A stretch of DNA of 64,000 bases from Chiloscyllium plagiosum (Eukaryota): positions 101,637,463 through 101,701,462 of the forward strand of contig NC_057718.1 in assembly GCF_004010195.1 (NCBI RefSeq), written 5' to 3'. The first letter of the stretch is position 1, and each line of letters begins with the position of its first letter. This document shows, piece by piece, positions 1 through 13,089 of this stretch. The notes below the pieces were generated by a model. It was not told where the DNA came from and ran no database searches. It worked only from the letters and a program-made list of their open reading frames with translations. The translations under genes and the position numbers were made by a program.

Positions 1-482
1 CTCCGGTATACAGCTCAGGTTCCCACCCCCCTGACATACTAGTTTAAACCCTCTTGAACTCGAGCAAATCTTCCACCCAGGACATTGGTCCCCTTCCAGT
101 TCAGATGCAACCCGTCCTTCTTGTACAGGTCCCATCTTTCCCAGAAGGCATCCCAATTGTCTACATATCTGAAGCCCTCCCTCCTACACCAGCTGGACAG
201 CCACGTATTAAGCTGCGCCCTCTCCCTGTTCCTCGCCTCGCTATCTCGTGGCACCGGTAGTAAACTAGAGAACATACTCTGTTCGTCCTGCTTTGCAGCT
301 TCCATCCTAACTCCCTGAAATCACTTTTTATATCCTCGATCCTTTTCCTGGCTATATCATTAGTGCCAATATGTAACACGATTTCTGGCTGTTCGCCCTC
401 CCCTTTTAGAACCTTATACACCTGATCGGAGACGTCCCGGACCCTGGCACCAGGGAAGCAACATACCTTCCGGGAATCCCGA
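1..482 (-). mobile_element. CR1-type LINE ORF1 fragment (SGNH/GDSL esterase domain), frameshifted
   Basis: ORFs 161..421 and 39..305 give ...PEIVLHIGTNDIARKR... and ...WDLYKKDGLHLNWKGTNVLGGRF...; GTND and DGLHL are SGNH-hydrolase blocks; homologous to ORF1 at 30467-30955. Confidence 0.9.
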
Positions 483-625
483 TCTCTGATAAGGCCACAA
501 CATCATAGCACCAGGTACTGATCCATGCTCTAAGTTCATCACTTTTAATTCTGATACTCCTTGCGTTAAAGTAAACACACTTTAACTGATCCCTTGGTTC
601 CTTCCCAGGAAAATCCTTCCCACTA
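483..625 (-). mobile_element. CR1 ORF2 N-terminal (APE endonuclease start) fragment, out of normal order
   Basis: LKCVYFNARSIRIKSDELRAWISTWCYDVVALSE, matching the ORF2 start at 30285 (VYFNARSIQNKVDELAAWIGTWDLDVVTISE). Confidence 0.85.
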
Positions 626-1264
626 GTTATAGGAGCAGGCCATTCAGCCCCTTGAACCCTGCTATTCCCATTCAATAAAGGCATGGCTGATTTCAGTTCC
701 ACTTTCCTGTCTGCCCCTTCTCTAATAACCCTCAACTCTCTTGTCTGACAAAACTCTTCTAACTCAGCCTTGAATACATGTAAAGATGTACCTAGCTTCT
801 GGGGAAGAGAATTCCATCATTCTATTCATTCTGCTGAGAGAAAAAAATCATTTTTCTCATCACTACATTAAAAGCAGAGAGCTCCTCTTCTTAAACCACC
901 TCACCTAGTTTTAATTTCTCTCGTTAGAGGAAACAAGGCACATTCACTCTCTTCAACATCTGTTGTATTTCGGTATGATCATCTTTCCTTCTTCTAAACT
1001 CCAATGGATATAGCCACAGCCTATTTAGGCTTTCCTCATAAGAACACCACCTCCTGCAAGTTCCCCTCCAAGTCATTCACCATCCAGACATGGGAACACA
1101 GCACTGTTCCCCCATCGCCACTGGGTCAAAATCCTGGACTAAACAGCATTGATGGGTCTACTTACATCCTCAGGACTGCACTGGTTCAAGAAGGCAGCTC
1201 ACTACTGCCTTCCCCAGGGCATCATGGGCAATAAATACTCGGCAAAGCCAATGACACCCACATC

Positions 1265-1565
1265 GAATCCCTACAGTGCTGAAAGAGGTCATTCGGCCCA
1301 TCGGATCCACATCAACCCTCTGAAGTGCATCCCACCCAGACCCAGGCCCCTACTCTATTCCTGTGACCCCACATTGGCCATGGCTAACCCACCTAGCCTG
1401 TACATCCCTAGGCAATTTAGCATAGCCAAGCCACCCTAACCTGCACATCTTTGGACTGTGGGAGGAAACTCATGCAGACACAAGGACCATACTCCACACA
1501 GACAGTCGCCTGAGGCTGGAATCGAACCCAGGTCCCTGCTAATCACTGAGCCACCATGCCACCCG
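1265..1565 (-). mobile_element. HE1-type tRNA-derived V-SINE (decayed)
   Basis: Reverse complement reads gggtggcatggtggctcagtgattagc...gggttcgattcc...gtgtggagt...cctcccacagtccaaagatgtgcagg, with a CR1-like 3' end. Confidence 0.85.
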
Positions 1566-2449
1566 AAAGAGAATTAAAAAAAAAATGCTCTTCTATTGAA
1601 TTGTCATCAAAAACCCATTTGCTCCCATTTTTGGGAGCAAAACCTACTGTTCTTTCCTGGTCTGGCTGATACATGACTCCAAGTCCACAGCAATGTAGTT
1701 CACTTATAACTGCCTGCTGAGATGGCCGAGCAAGGAGTCAGCTGTGTTCAGCTCCCAAGGACAGTTAGGGATTTGTAATATTCCCATGTTGTTGATGATA
1801 TTTTGTTTTAAACAAAGCTACAGTCTTGTGATTGTACATTCCGCCTCTCTCAGAGCGGCTGCCCTTCCCTGTTGTACTCACTGCAATCTATCTGAGATGG
1901 TACGGTGCATTTTTGGGTCGTACAATCTCACTCCCACAATCAGAGACATTACCCGTTATCGACAGACCCAAAACGTATTTGAGGGCAGTGCCGAGGTAAT
2001 TAGCCAGATATAAAATGAGCCCCGGGGGATATAATACCAGTTCCCACGTTGTCAATAAAACCAGACTTCCATTTCAGAGATTGCCATCATCAATTTCCTC
2101 AGCACCTGATGTTAGCAGATGGAGGTCAATCGATAGTCAGCATCAGCTCTGACTGAAGAGGGTAAATTGTAAATAGTGCTAAGTTACTATTTACTGCACC
2201 AACCCTGACTTTGATGACAAACATCCTCCACATAGAAGTTGGACACTCAGTCCCAGGATAGACCGATCTCACAAGTACAAATGGATTGCTTTTCATAACA
2301 GGGTCCCACAGTTTATGTTTGTGCTTTGACGGACAACAAGACCGTCTTTCTCCCCAGAAATGTTATTGGTTGTAAACTCATGGATTAACTCTCGACTGTT
2401 TGTTTCTCCAGAAGCAAACAATTGGGTGTAGTTCTGTCACCACACCAAC

Positions 2450-3115
2450 GGTGGCAGCGCAGGTAGAGAAGGATGTGAGAAAGGCCGATGGCATGCTTAC
2501 CTTCATTGGAAGGGGCATTGAGTTTAAGGATACACCAGTTATGTGGCAGATTTATAGAACTTTAGTTCGGCCCCATTTGAAATATTGCGTGCGGGTCTGG
2601 TCACCACACTACCAAAAGGATGTAGATGCTTTGCAGAGGGTACAGAAAGGTTTACCAGGATGTTGTCCAGTATGGGGGATTTTAGCTTCGAAGAAAGGAT
2701 GGACAGGCTGGGTTTGTTCTCACTGGAACGCAGGAGGTTGAGGAGCAACCTGATACAAGTTTATAAGATCGTGAATGACATGGACAGAGTGGAAAGTATG
2801 AGGCTTTTTCCCAGGGTGGAGGGGTCAATTACTAGGGGACACAGGTTCAAGATGTGAGGGGGGAAGTTTAAAACAGATATGTGAGGCAGGTTTGTGACAC
2901 AGAGGGTGGGGAGTGCCTGGAACACACTGCCAGAGGAGGGGGTGGAAGCAGACACAACAGCAGCATTCAAGTAGCACCTTAACGTATACATGAATAGGAA
3001 GGGAATATGGATCCTGTCAGTGAAGACAGTTTTAGTATGGAAGGGCAAAATGTGCGGGCGTGGAGGGCCGAAGGGCCTGTTCCTGTTCCTGTGCTGTATT
3101 GTTCTTTGTTCTTTC
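2450..3115 (+). mobile_element. CR1 LINE 3' fragment (RT C-terminus + 3' UTR)
   Basis: YRTLVRPHLKYCVRVWSPHYQKDVDALQRVQK / RLGLFSLERRRLRSNLIQVYKI / TRGHRFK, then a tgttct tail. Confidence 0.9.
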
Positions 3116-4422
3116 TAATCCTTTGTGGGGATCATTACCTTGGAGAAAGCAATTCTTCAAAATCTCTGAATGCTCAAGGTCATCCGAAATGCCAATGGCT
3201 CCCTCAGATTTCAGGTCCACTATCATCGACTGATAGAGAAATCAAGACCATTTGAACTGAGGGCATTGAGACCTGCTTTTACCTTTGGAAAAAAGCATCT
3301 GCTACATGAACATCTTTCACCTTCAATGGTATTTAAAAGGCTCACCTTTAAGGCATATCATGTCAGGCCGAAGAGATTTATTTTAATGGGGTAGCATACT
3401 GACTGTGCAGCTGTAAACTCTGACATTTCAACAATCCTGGTTTATCTGTGACATCTTGTCTAAGCAGAGCCTCAAACCTAGCAGTGCTGTTGTTTATCTT
3501 GTACAGGAAACCATTCCAACTTTTCACCCACTTGTCGACAGAAATTCATCAAAAAAAAAACAGCCCCTGCTCTGTAAGCTGTTAAAGGGGTTGAAGATAT
3601 CAGTCTGCCTGTTACCAAGGCTTCGGGCCCAGTGATGGCCTCATATGCCTTAATGACAGGCATGTAATGCCTTTTAAAGAAGTGGCTTTAGCATTATCCA
3701 GACCATATTTTAAAGCAAAATGCATTAGAATTTGGTTGTTAAAAAAAAATCTAAAGTGCTGGAGAAACTCAGCAGGTCTGGCAGCATTTTTGGAAAAAGA
3801 ATCAGAGCTATCATTTCAGAATATAACCATTCCCCAAAGCTCGATCATCTTTTATTTGGCTATTGAACCAGAGCATTTTTTGACCAAATGTACAAGGGAT
3901 TGTGTGACTTCTGTTCTACTCAAGACTGTGACAATTCTGTATTTTATTTTTAAGCAGAAGTTGCAGATTTAACATGCTTAGCTAAAACAAAAAGCAGTTC
4001 CCTGAGGAAACTGGTTTCTTTGCCAGAAAGTTGATCCAGAAAGCGCTGGCTGAGAGGACAGTGAAGTTAGATTCACTTTGGAAAGGGAGTGGGATATGTA
4101 TTTGAGGGGAGACATTTGCAGGACATTGGTAAAACAGCAGTTTCATGGGGATTGTTTTACCAGGGAGTGAGCACAGACTAAATGTGTTGAATTGCCTACC
4201 ACTGAACTGTGTCATTCTGTGATTCTGCTACACTCTTCAAAGCCCAAATACAGATCTTGGATTTTCGAGTCCGAACAAATTCTAACATAACATACCTGTC
4301 GAGCTGATGATTTATATATTATAGGCAGTCATTTTTTCAGGGATAAATCTTCACAAAACCTTATCATCCAGCAATGTATTTCTTGGTGGCCTGCACAATA
4401 TATGTCTGCTGTTTATTTTAAG

Positions 4423-4465
4423 AACTGACAGGGCAAGAAGAATTGGAACACTCATATTTATTCAG
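4423..4465 (+). CDS. Candidate coding exon (phase 1 to phase 2) of the unnamed host gene: xLTGQEELEHSYLFR
   Basis: Acceptor gtttattttaag, strong donor CAG|gtgagg, 43 nt, open in a frame that joins 5525-5574. Confidence 0.5.
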
Positions 4466-5524
4466 GTGAGGATATGGGCGTTAACTTGGGACTCACTTGT
4501 GTCTCTCCATGCATTGTTGAGTTAGGAGATGCATGCTTATAATATCTAACTCTATAAAGAAGTGTTTATGAAACATTGACTCCAGTTCTGTCCTTACCAC
4601 CTGTGTTTCTGGAATATCGCAATTCTCACCTCTTTGCTAAAGACAAATTCTCTTGTTCTTCCAAAAAAAATTACGATTTTTGAGATTGACCAATACTGTA
4701 GCACCAAGTTCCGAAAACCCATTTATGGTCTTCTCTCACCGTCAGCGTCAGACCTGACAGTGCTACGATTTTAAAATTCTCAGCCTTGTTTTCAAATCCC
4801 TGGGTAGCATTGCTTCCCTTTAATTCTGTGACCATTTCCAGCTGAGCAACCCTCTGAGATTGCTGCAGTCCTCCCGTCCTGCCTGTACGCACATTCTTAG
4901 TTTCAACCACTCCGCTGTTGACGTCTGAGCCAGTTGGCATGTTGCTAAGCTCTGTTTTTCCTTCTTTAAACCTCTCCGACACTCCACCTCTCACTTAAAG
5001 ATCTTCAAGTGAGTGTCGTGCGATACTTTACATCCAACTCAATTGCACAAATGGATCCTCAGTTTAATAACGTGATATTAGACAGCACCTCTGACAGTAT
5101 AACACTAATCCTAGGTTCTTGTGCTCAAATCTGATGCATAATAATAATACTTGAAGGAATTAAATGAACGATTGTATGGAAAAAAATTAAGGAAAAGAAA
5201 CAGATCATACTGCATTAGATTGTTTGATATTCTTAATGCACTGTAAGAATGTTTTAAAATGTCATTAAAAATCTATTTCTGATGGCACTTTTGCTTCCAG
5301 TTTCTTTCATATTTCATATTTGTAATTTGCCAGATATGGATTTAATTAATCTGTATTTATTTTCCTGCATTAATTCCAACTTTGGCAAGTCCAAATGGAA
5401 TAAAGCATTGGTTCATGAATTTTATGTTGACATGAAGTGATAAATCATGCGTTGGGATTTGTTGTCAGAAAACATACATAATAATTTGTTCTTGCATTCT
5501 AATAATGTGTTACCTCTCTTTCAG

Positions 5525-5574
5525 GACATTTAAGTCACTTGTTTCTTCTGGGAAAGCAAGACTTCACCTTCCAG
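5525..5574 (+). CDS. Candidate coding exon (phase 2 to phase 1): TFKSLVSSGKARLHLP
   Basis: Good acceptor tacctctctttcag; frame bridges 4423-4465 to 5955-6041, but only with a non-canonical CAG|gcagag donor. Confidence 0.4.
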
Positions 5575-5954
5575 GCAGAGTTTACACACTGTGTTTTTAT
5601 ATGCTGGGATTGTGACTGACAAAAGTTTGATTTGATGCCTTACTGTCAGGTGTACCAAGATAGTGAAAAGTGTTGTCTTACATGCTATACAGGAAGATTG
5701 TTCTATACAGGTGTGTGAGGGTAACAGAAAAGAGTGCAGGATACAGTGTTACAACATAACCTACAAGCTACCCTCCTTTTTGCTGTAATCACCTGAAGTG
5801 CCCTTCACACACACTTTGAAAATAACATGGAATTGCTTTATTCAGATGAGTAGACAAGTGGCAGCCGTGATCCAACTAAGCTCGTGTACATGACAGAAGA
5901 ACACCCAAGGAAGGTAAACCTGTCACAAGTCTAGTGATTGCACTTTTTTTTCAG

Positions 5955-6041
5955 ATGACGAAGATATGCATGAAAACTCCCCCTTGACAAAGAAGTATAG
6001 AAGTAAAGAATTGTCGGAGAAGAGCGATGATAAGATTGAAG
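5955..6041 (+). CDS. Coding exon, symmetric phase 1, 87 nt: DDEDMHENSPLTKKYRSKELSEKSDDKIE
   Basis: cactttttttt cag acceptor, GAAG|gtagga donor, open, acidic/charged composition shared with the downstream exons. Confidence 0.75.
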
Positions 6042-7855
6042 GTAGGATGATTTAATTGCAAATGTAACCCTTCGCAATACCCCACTGACTTGGTGCATGT
6101 TTTTCTATATCACAAATGCAAATGGGAACTTACAACGTCTTGGACATTTGGACACTCAGTGCAAAAGATGCAAACTGATTATTAAGTGTTGCAGAAAATA
6201 CATCACACTTAATTCCAGCAAGTTTATGAGCGAGATGTGAGCACTTTGAGAAGGTGGGATTGAACAATCTTCTTGAACCACTACTGTCCATGTGTTAGAG
6301 AGGGAATTCCAGGCATTATAGACCTCATGAAGGTGAAAGAATGGAAATGTAGTACCAGATCAGGATGGTGCAAGGCTTAGAGGGTAACTAGCAGATAGGG
6401 CTGCCTCACATGAGACTTTCTGCCCTGCCTTTCCAACTGGCAGAGGTTATGGCGTCGGTTGAAGGATCCCAGGCAAGTTGGCTTAATGACTTGAAATGGT
6501 TGCTGATTGAAAAAAGGCTGAGAGAAGACCATGAAGCGTGATTCTGGAACTTGGGGCTGTCCAGATATGAAGAGGTGCTCCCAAAGTAAAAGGAGCATGT
6601 AGTATTGGAGAGCAGATTAAGACAAATCATGATCCAAGTATCTGGAAAAGAAATAAAGAATTCAGTGCTAGCAATATTATTATCTAGTAATGAACACAGA
6701 ATCCAGATGAAATGTGCATAGCATTAACAAGCCTTGAACAAGACATGAAATGAGAAGTGATTATTTTTCTGCAGATTTGTGAGAAGGTGAAACAGTATAG
6801 GTGTTGATTAACTTATTAATAAAAAGAATAAATAACTGATTGAGAGTAAGATTGAATGCTATTTATAGTGTGAAAGGCTGCTTCTAATTAATTATTTATT
6901 TGCAATTTATAAGGACAGATATGAATCGAGATGATTCTGGGGGGATGTGATGGCTCCCTGATGCTGAGACTTGTGACATTGCCTTGCGGGGAAATGATAA
7001 CAATGCTAACAAGAGATTCTGAGAGTCATGACACAGCTTTCATGATTCATATTGAGTCCATGTCCCACTAATCCCCTTGCTGGCCAATGGCGAAGACCAA
7101 ACTATGTGTGGAAGCACAGGCTCTTCGGGTTAAACAGCCTTCTGTTTGTCATTCTCATTGTTCTTTGTTTCCAATGCCTTCGGTGGCCTCACCCTTTTCT
7201 CTAACCATGTAACCCGGAAGATTCCAGCTCCTCCAATCCCCTGAATTCCCAAGGGTTCCTCCAATTTGAGTTTCTGCCCCAATTTTGATCCCTGCAATAG
7301 TGCAGCTGTGTGAGCCCTGGGCTGTGGATCTGCCCTTTTAGTGAATGTGATTCAGTGTCAAATTGGTTTGATAATCGTCTTTATGATCTTCAACATGCAT
7401 GGTACTATACAAATGCAGGTCGGGACTGAAAATTATATTGGGTCACTAATATTTGAGCTCTGGCCTCTGTTGCCCCATGTGAGGGATCAATCGGATAACA
7501 TGCATCAGGTAATGTTTGATTTTTTTGAGGAGACTGGTGCAGAGGGGACTGCAGCAAAGTTGTCCGGGTCTCTTCCCACCCCCTTCTAAATCTCTCACCA
7601 AATTCTGTTGCTTAAAGTAAATATGAGCTTGTTATGTTCAGACAGTCTAGTGACACCTCAATGGTGGAGGCTTCGGGACTCTCTGCAAGAATTCTAACTC
7701 ACAACAAACAGAATCTGTTTATTCAGCAAACACTCGACAGAGTCTGTTTGAAAAGGGTCTCACAAGTTGTGTTCCGATAACAATGTTTCTAAACAATGGC
7801 AAGCAGAAACTTTGACAAAAGACACTGCAACATATCACATTAAAAACAGTAATTT

Positions 7856-10800
7856 TGTGATTGTGCACTGGAGTAGCGTCTGTGATTGTGTACTGGGGTG
7901 GAGCCTGTGATTGTGTACTGGAATGGTGGCTATGATTGTGTACTGGAGTGGTGCCTGTGATTGGGTACAGGAATGGTGCCTGTGATTGTGTATTGGAATG
8001 GCGGCTGTGATTGTGTACTGGAGTGGCGCCTGTGATTGTGTACTGGAGTGGTGCCTGTGATTGTGTACTGGAGTGATGCCTGTGATTGTGTACTGGAGTA
8101 GCGTCTGTGATTGTGTACTGGGGTGGAGCCTGTGATTGTGTACTGGGGTGGAGCCTGTGATTGCATACTGGAGTGTTGCCTGTGATTGTGTACTGGAATG
8201 GTGCCTGTGATTGTGTACTGGAATGGTGCCTGTGATTGTGTACTGGTGTAGCGCCTGTGATTGTGTACTGGAGTGGTGCCTGTGATTGTGTACTGGAGTG
8301 GTGCCTGTGATTGTGTACTGGAATGGTGCCTGTGATTGTGTATTGGAATGGCGCCTGTGATTGTGTATTGGAGTGGCGCCTGTGATTGTGTACTGGAATG
8401 GTGCCTGTGATTGTGTGCAGGAATGGTGCTTGTAATTTTGTACTGGAGTGGTGCCTGTGAGTGTGCACCGGAATGGTGCCTGTGATTGTTTGCTGGAGTG
8501 GCGCCTGTGATTGTGTACTGGAGTGATGCCTGTGATTGTGTGCTGGAGTGGTGCCAGTGATTATCTACTGGAGTGGCGCCTGTGATTGTGTACTGGAATG
8601 GCGCCTGTGATTGTGTACTGGAATGGAGCCTGTGATTGTGTACAGGAGTCGTGCCTGTGATTGTGTACTGGTGTGGTGCCTGTGATTGTGTGTTGGAATG
8701 GTGCCTGAGATTGTGTACTGGTATGTTGCCTGTGATTGTGTACTGGAGTGGCACCTGTGATTGTGTGCTGGAATGGTGCCTGTGCCTGTGATTGTGTACT
8801 GGAATGGTACCTGTGATTGTGTACTGGAGTGGTGCCTGTGATTGTGTACTGGAATGGTGCCTGTGCCTGTGAATGTGTATTGGAATGGTGCCTGTGATTG
8901 TGTGTTGGAGTTGCGCCTGTGATTGTGTACTGGAGTGGCGCCTGTGATGGTATACTGGAGAGATGCCTGTGATTATGTACTGGAGTGGCGCCTGTGATGG
9001 TATACTGGAGTGATGCCTGTGATTGTGTACTGGAATGGTGCCTGTGATTGTGTACTGGAGTGGTGCCAGTGATTGTGTACTGGAGTGGCGCCTGTGATTG
9101 TGTACTGGAATGGTGCCTGTGATTGTGAACTGGAATGGTGCCTGTGATTGTGTACTGAAGTGGTGCCTGTGAATGTGTATTGGAATGGTGCCTGTGATTG
9201 TGTGTTGGAGTTGCGCCTGTGATTGTGTACTGGAGTGGCGCCTGTGATGGTATACTGGAGAGATGCCTGTGATTATGTACTGGAGTGGCGCCTGTGATGG
9301 TATACTGGAGTGATGCCTGTGATTGTGTACTGGAATGGTGCCTGTGATTGTGTACTGGAGTGGCGCCTGTGATTGTGTGCTGGACTGGTGCCTGTGATTG
9401 AGTACTGGAATGATGCCTGTGATTGTGTACTGGAGTGGTTGCTGTGATGGTGTACTGCTGTGGCACCTATGATTGTGTACTGGAATGGTGCCTGTGATTG
9501 TGTACTGGAGTGGCGCCTGTGATGGTATACTGGAGTGATGCCTGTGATTGTGTGTTGGAATGGTGCCTGTGATTGTATACTGGAATGTTGCCTGAGATTG
9601 TGTACTGGAAAGATGCCTGTGATTGTATACTGGAATGGTGCCTGTGATTGTGTACTGGAATGGTGCCTGTGATTGTATACTGGAATGGTGCCTGTGATTG
9701 TGTACTGGAATGGCGCCTCAGATTGTGTACCAGAGTGGTGCCTGTGATGGTGTACTGCAGTGGCACCTGTGATTGTGTACTGGAGTGGTGCCTGTGATTG
9801 TGTATTGGAATGGCTCTTGTGATTGTGTACTGGTGTGGCGCCTGAGATTGTGTGCTGGAGTGGTGCCTGTGATTGTGTGCTGGAGTGGTGCCTGTGATTT
9901 TGTGCTGGAATGGTGCCTGTGATTGTGTGCTGGGATGGCGCCTGTGATTGTGTACTGGAATGGCGCCTGTGATTGTATACTGGAATGGTGCCTGTTATTG
10001 TGTACTGGAATGGCGCCTGTGATTGTGTACTGGAATGCTGCCTGTGATTGTGTACTGGAAATGTGCCTATGATTGTGTCATGGAGTGGTGCCTGTGATTG
10101 TGTACTGGAATGGCGCCTGTGATTGTGTACTGGAGTGGAGCCTGTGATTGTGTACTGGAATGTTACCTGTGATTGTGTACTGGAATGGTGCCTGTTATTG
10201 TGTACAGGAGTGGTGCCTATGTGTACAGGAATGGCGCCTGTGATTGTCCACTGGAGTGGTTCCTGTAATTTTGTACTGGAATGGTGCCTGTGATTGTGTA
10301 CTGGAATGGTGCCTGTAATTTTTTATCGGAATTATGCCTGTGATTGTGTACTGGAGTGTTGCCTGTGATTGTGTATAGGAATGGCGCCTGTGATTCTGTA
10401 TAGGAATGGTGCCTGTGATTGTGTACTGGAATAGCTCTTGTGATTGTGTACTGGAATGGCACCTGTGAATGTGTACTGGAATGGCCCCTGTGATTGTGTA
10501 TTGGAATGATGCGTGTGATTGTGTACTGGAATGGCGCCTGTGATTGTGTACTGGAGTAGCGCCTGTGATTGCGTACTGGAGTGGTGCCTGTTATTGTGTA
10601 CTAGAGTGGTGCCTGTGATTGTGTACTGGAATGGTGCCTGTGATTGTGTACTGGAATGGCACCTGTGATTGTGTACTGGAATGGCACCTGTTATTGTGTA
10701 CAGGAGTGGTGCCTATGTGTACAGGAATGGCGCCTGTGATTGTTCACTGGAGTGGTGCCTGTAATTTTGTACTGGAATGGTGCCTGTGATTGTGTACTGG

Positions 10801-11183
10801 AATGGTGCCTGTAATTTTTTATCGGAATGATGCCTGTGATTGTATACTGGAATGGCACCTGTGATTGTGTTCTGGAGTGATGCCTCTGATTGTGGACTGG
10901 AATGATGCCTGTGATTGTGGATTGGAATGGCGTCTGTTATTGTGTACAGGACTGGCACCTGTGATTGTGTACTGGAGTGCGCCTGTGATTGTGTCCTGGA
11001 ATGGTGACTGTGATTGTGTACTGGAGTGGTGCCTGTGATTGTGTATTGGAGTGGTGCTTGTGATTGTGTGTTGGAGTGCCGCCTGTCATTGTGTCCTGGA
11101 ATGATGCCTGTGCTTGTGGACAGGAATGATGTCTGTGATTGTGTACTGGAATGGTAGATGTGATTGTGTACTGGAGTGGTGCA
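7856..11183. repeat. 25-bp tandem satellite, about 130 degenerate copies, consensus TGTGATTGTGTACTGGA(A/G)TGG(T/C)GCC
   Basis: Directly visible periodicity; it accounts for the repetitive ORFs at 7719-10958. Confidence 0.97.
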
Positions 11184-12499
11184 TTTGAACTCCAGAGGAT
11201 TGTGAGATCAGGACGGGAGAGTGACTGACTTAGAATAGAAGCAGTTGCTGAGGCAGTCCATATTGCAACAGCTCTCGTAGGGGAACTTCACTGCTACATT
11301 GGGAAAAGTGAATTATAGTCCTTGTGAACTTCAATGAGATTTGATGATTCACCATGTGATTAATGCCGGTGGTGGGGGAGATGTGTTGGAGATGTGTGTG
11401 GGATCTGTCTTGACCACACTCTCAATTTGTCGGCTATTTGATCACAGTCTATAATACATGTTAATTCAGAATATTAGAAATAACTTGTACATGTGTTGTA
11501 CATTGTATCATGATTCTAACATTATGCAGTCATGTTCATTGTTGGTGGTTCAAAACTTGTGGTTTTATTCTCTTACTAACATCCCTGGATCTCACATTTT
11601 GTCCACTACAAAATAAATTAGGTCCCTATTCAACCTGGAAGAGGTTTAGATGATCTCGTCCGGGATCACAACAATAAATTTGACAGATTATAACACACGA
11701 TATACCACTTGTTTGTTGGGTGTTGTTAATAATTTTTATAATCCTATCTAGTTCCTGTACGTATTCAGTTTCCATTTTATGACTTTTTTTTAATACATGA
11801 TCCATTGTATTATGAGATGGTTGTTTTGTATGAGTATTGAGTTATTGATTGGACGTTTAAGTTCTAGTGTAACTCTTGTAGTCACTGCATCAATGTATGC
11901 TTTGTCATTTGCTATCACCTATGTTTATTCCAAAGGTACAATTTCTTGGTGTCTGTCGTTCCGTGTTTATTATTAAATTGCTGCTTCGATAGATATTGAC
12001 TGCATTACATTTAAAGTAAGGGAAGGAAAATGGAGAGTAATCTACAAGTAGGGCCCCAGAGCTGAGAGAGGAATTGGAGTGATGGAACTGGTCAATGTAG
12101 AGCCAGCTGGTTGCTGAAGGCTAAGGGAAACCAGAGAAATGTTTCCGTAGACAGAAGGGACATCAGTGTGTTTTCTCTGCCTTTTGTTCGATCTTTGGAA
12201 ATTTCTGAGTAGGCGGAGAGAAAGCCAATGATTAAATTGCAGAGGTCTGCTCGTTAGCAATGGTTATTGTTAATTATGTGGCTCCTTTTCCTGTTCCTCC
12301 GGGGAAAGTACGAGTTGTTAGGGGCGGATCCATGTCTGCAAAGCAGAATTTAGTCTGGGCCCAAAATCATTGTGTGGTTAAAGCAATAGGGAAATCTGTT
12401 TCGATTTGCTCCACCTGGGCATGGAAACAATGGGGTAGAATCTGATTGGTGTTCTGCACGTTTGTTACAAACTTGTGAGATCCTGCCTTTCACAGCCAT

Positions 12500-12810
12500 C
12501 AACATAGAAAATAATAGAAGTAGGCCATTCGGCCCTTTGAGCCTGGTCCACCATGGCCATGGCCTATCTTCCAACTCAATCCCCCATTCCAATTTTCTCC
12601 TCATAACCCTTGAACATGTTTAGCCCCAAGAATTATATCTAACATGTCAAAAACATTCATTGTTTTAGCCTCAGCCGCTTTTTGTGGTATGGATTCCCCA
12701 AGCTAACCACTCTCTCTCTGGGTGGATACATTTCTCCTGATCTCAGTAAGTAAATGGCCTACCCTGTATCCTTGTCCCAGTCTTCAGGAATATCCTTCCC
12801 ACATCTGCCC
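12500..12810 (-). mobile_element. Decayed CR1 3' fragment
   Basis: Begins with the reverse complement of the CR1 tail (acatag...gtaggccattcggccc) and continues into degraded ORF2 3' sequence. Confidence 0.7.
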
Positions 12811-13089
12811 TGTAAAACAGGCATTAGGATTTTTGAATATGTTAGTGACATACCAAAGCATTGTGGAAGCATACCTATTCAAATTTAGTTCTTGATAAAT
12901 AGCAACACCAACTTCTGCTTTTGTAGTGCCAGTAAGATGCAATAAAATCTCTCAAGGTGCTTCACAAGGCTATTATAAAGAGAAATGAGACAGTGAGCCA
13001 CCTGGGCAGTCAACGTTCCTATGACCAAAACTTTGATCAAAGAGAGAGATGTTTTTGAGTGTTTTAAAGATGAGGGAGGTTTCACAGAA

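Noticed and set aside
5846..5913. Possible exon ttcag|ATGAGT...GGAAG|gtaaac
   Set aside because: Stops in all three frames from the acceptor, and it would leave a 41-nt intron
7719..10958. Long His/Thr/Gln-rich ORFs (up to 301 aa)
   Set aside because: By-products of the 25-bp satellite; open in several frames, no splice or start context
7856..11183. CRISPR-like array
   Set aside because: No unique spacers; head-to-tail satellite in a vertebrate genome
11380..11400. HTHLQHI resemblance to foamy virus env
   Set aside because: Too short, low complexity, and flanking motifs are not in the expected order
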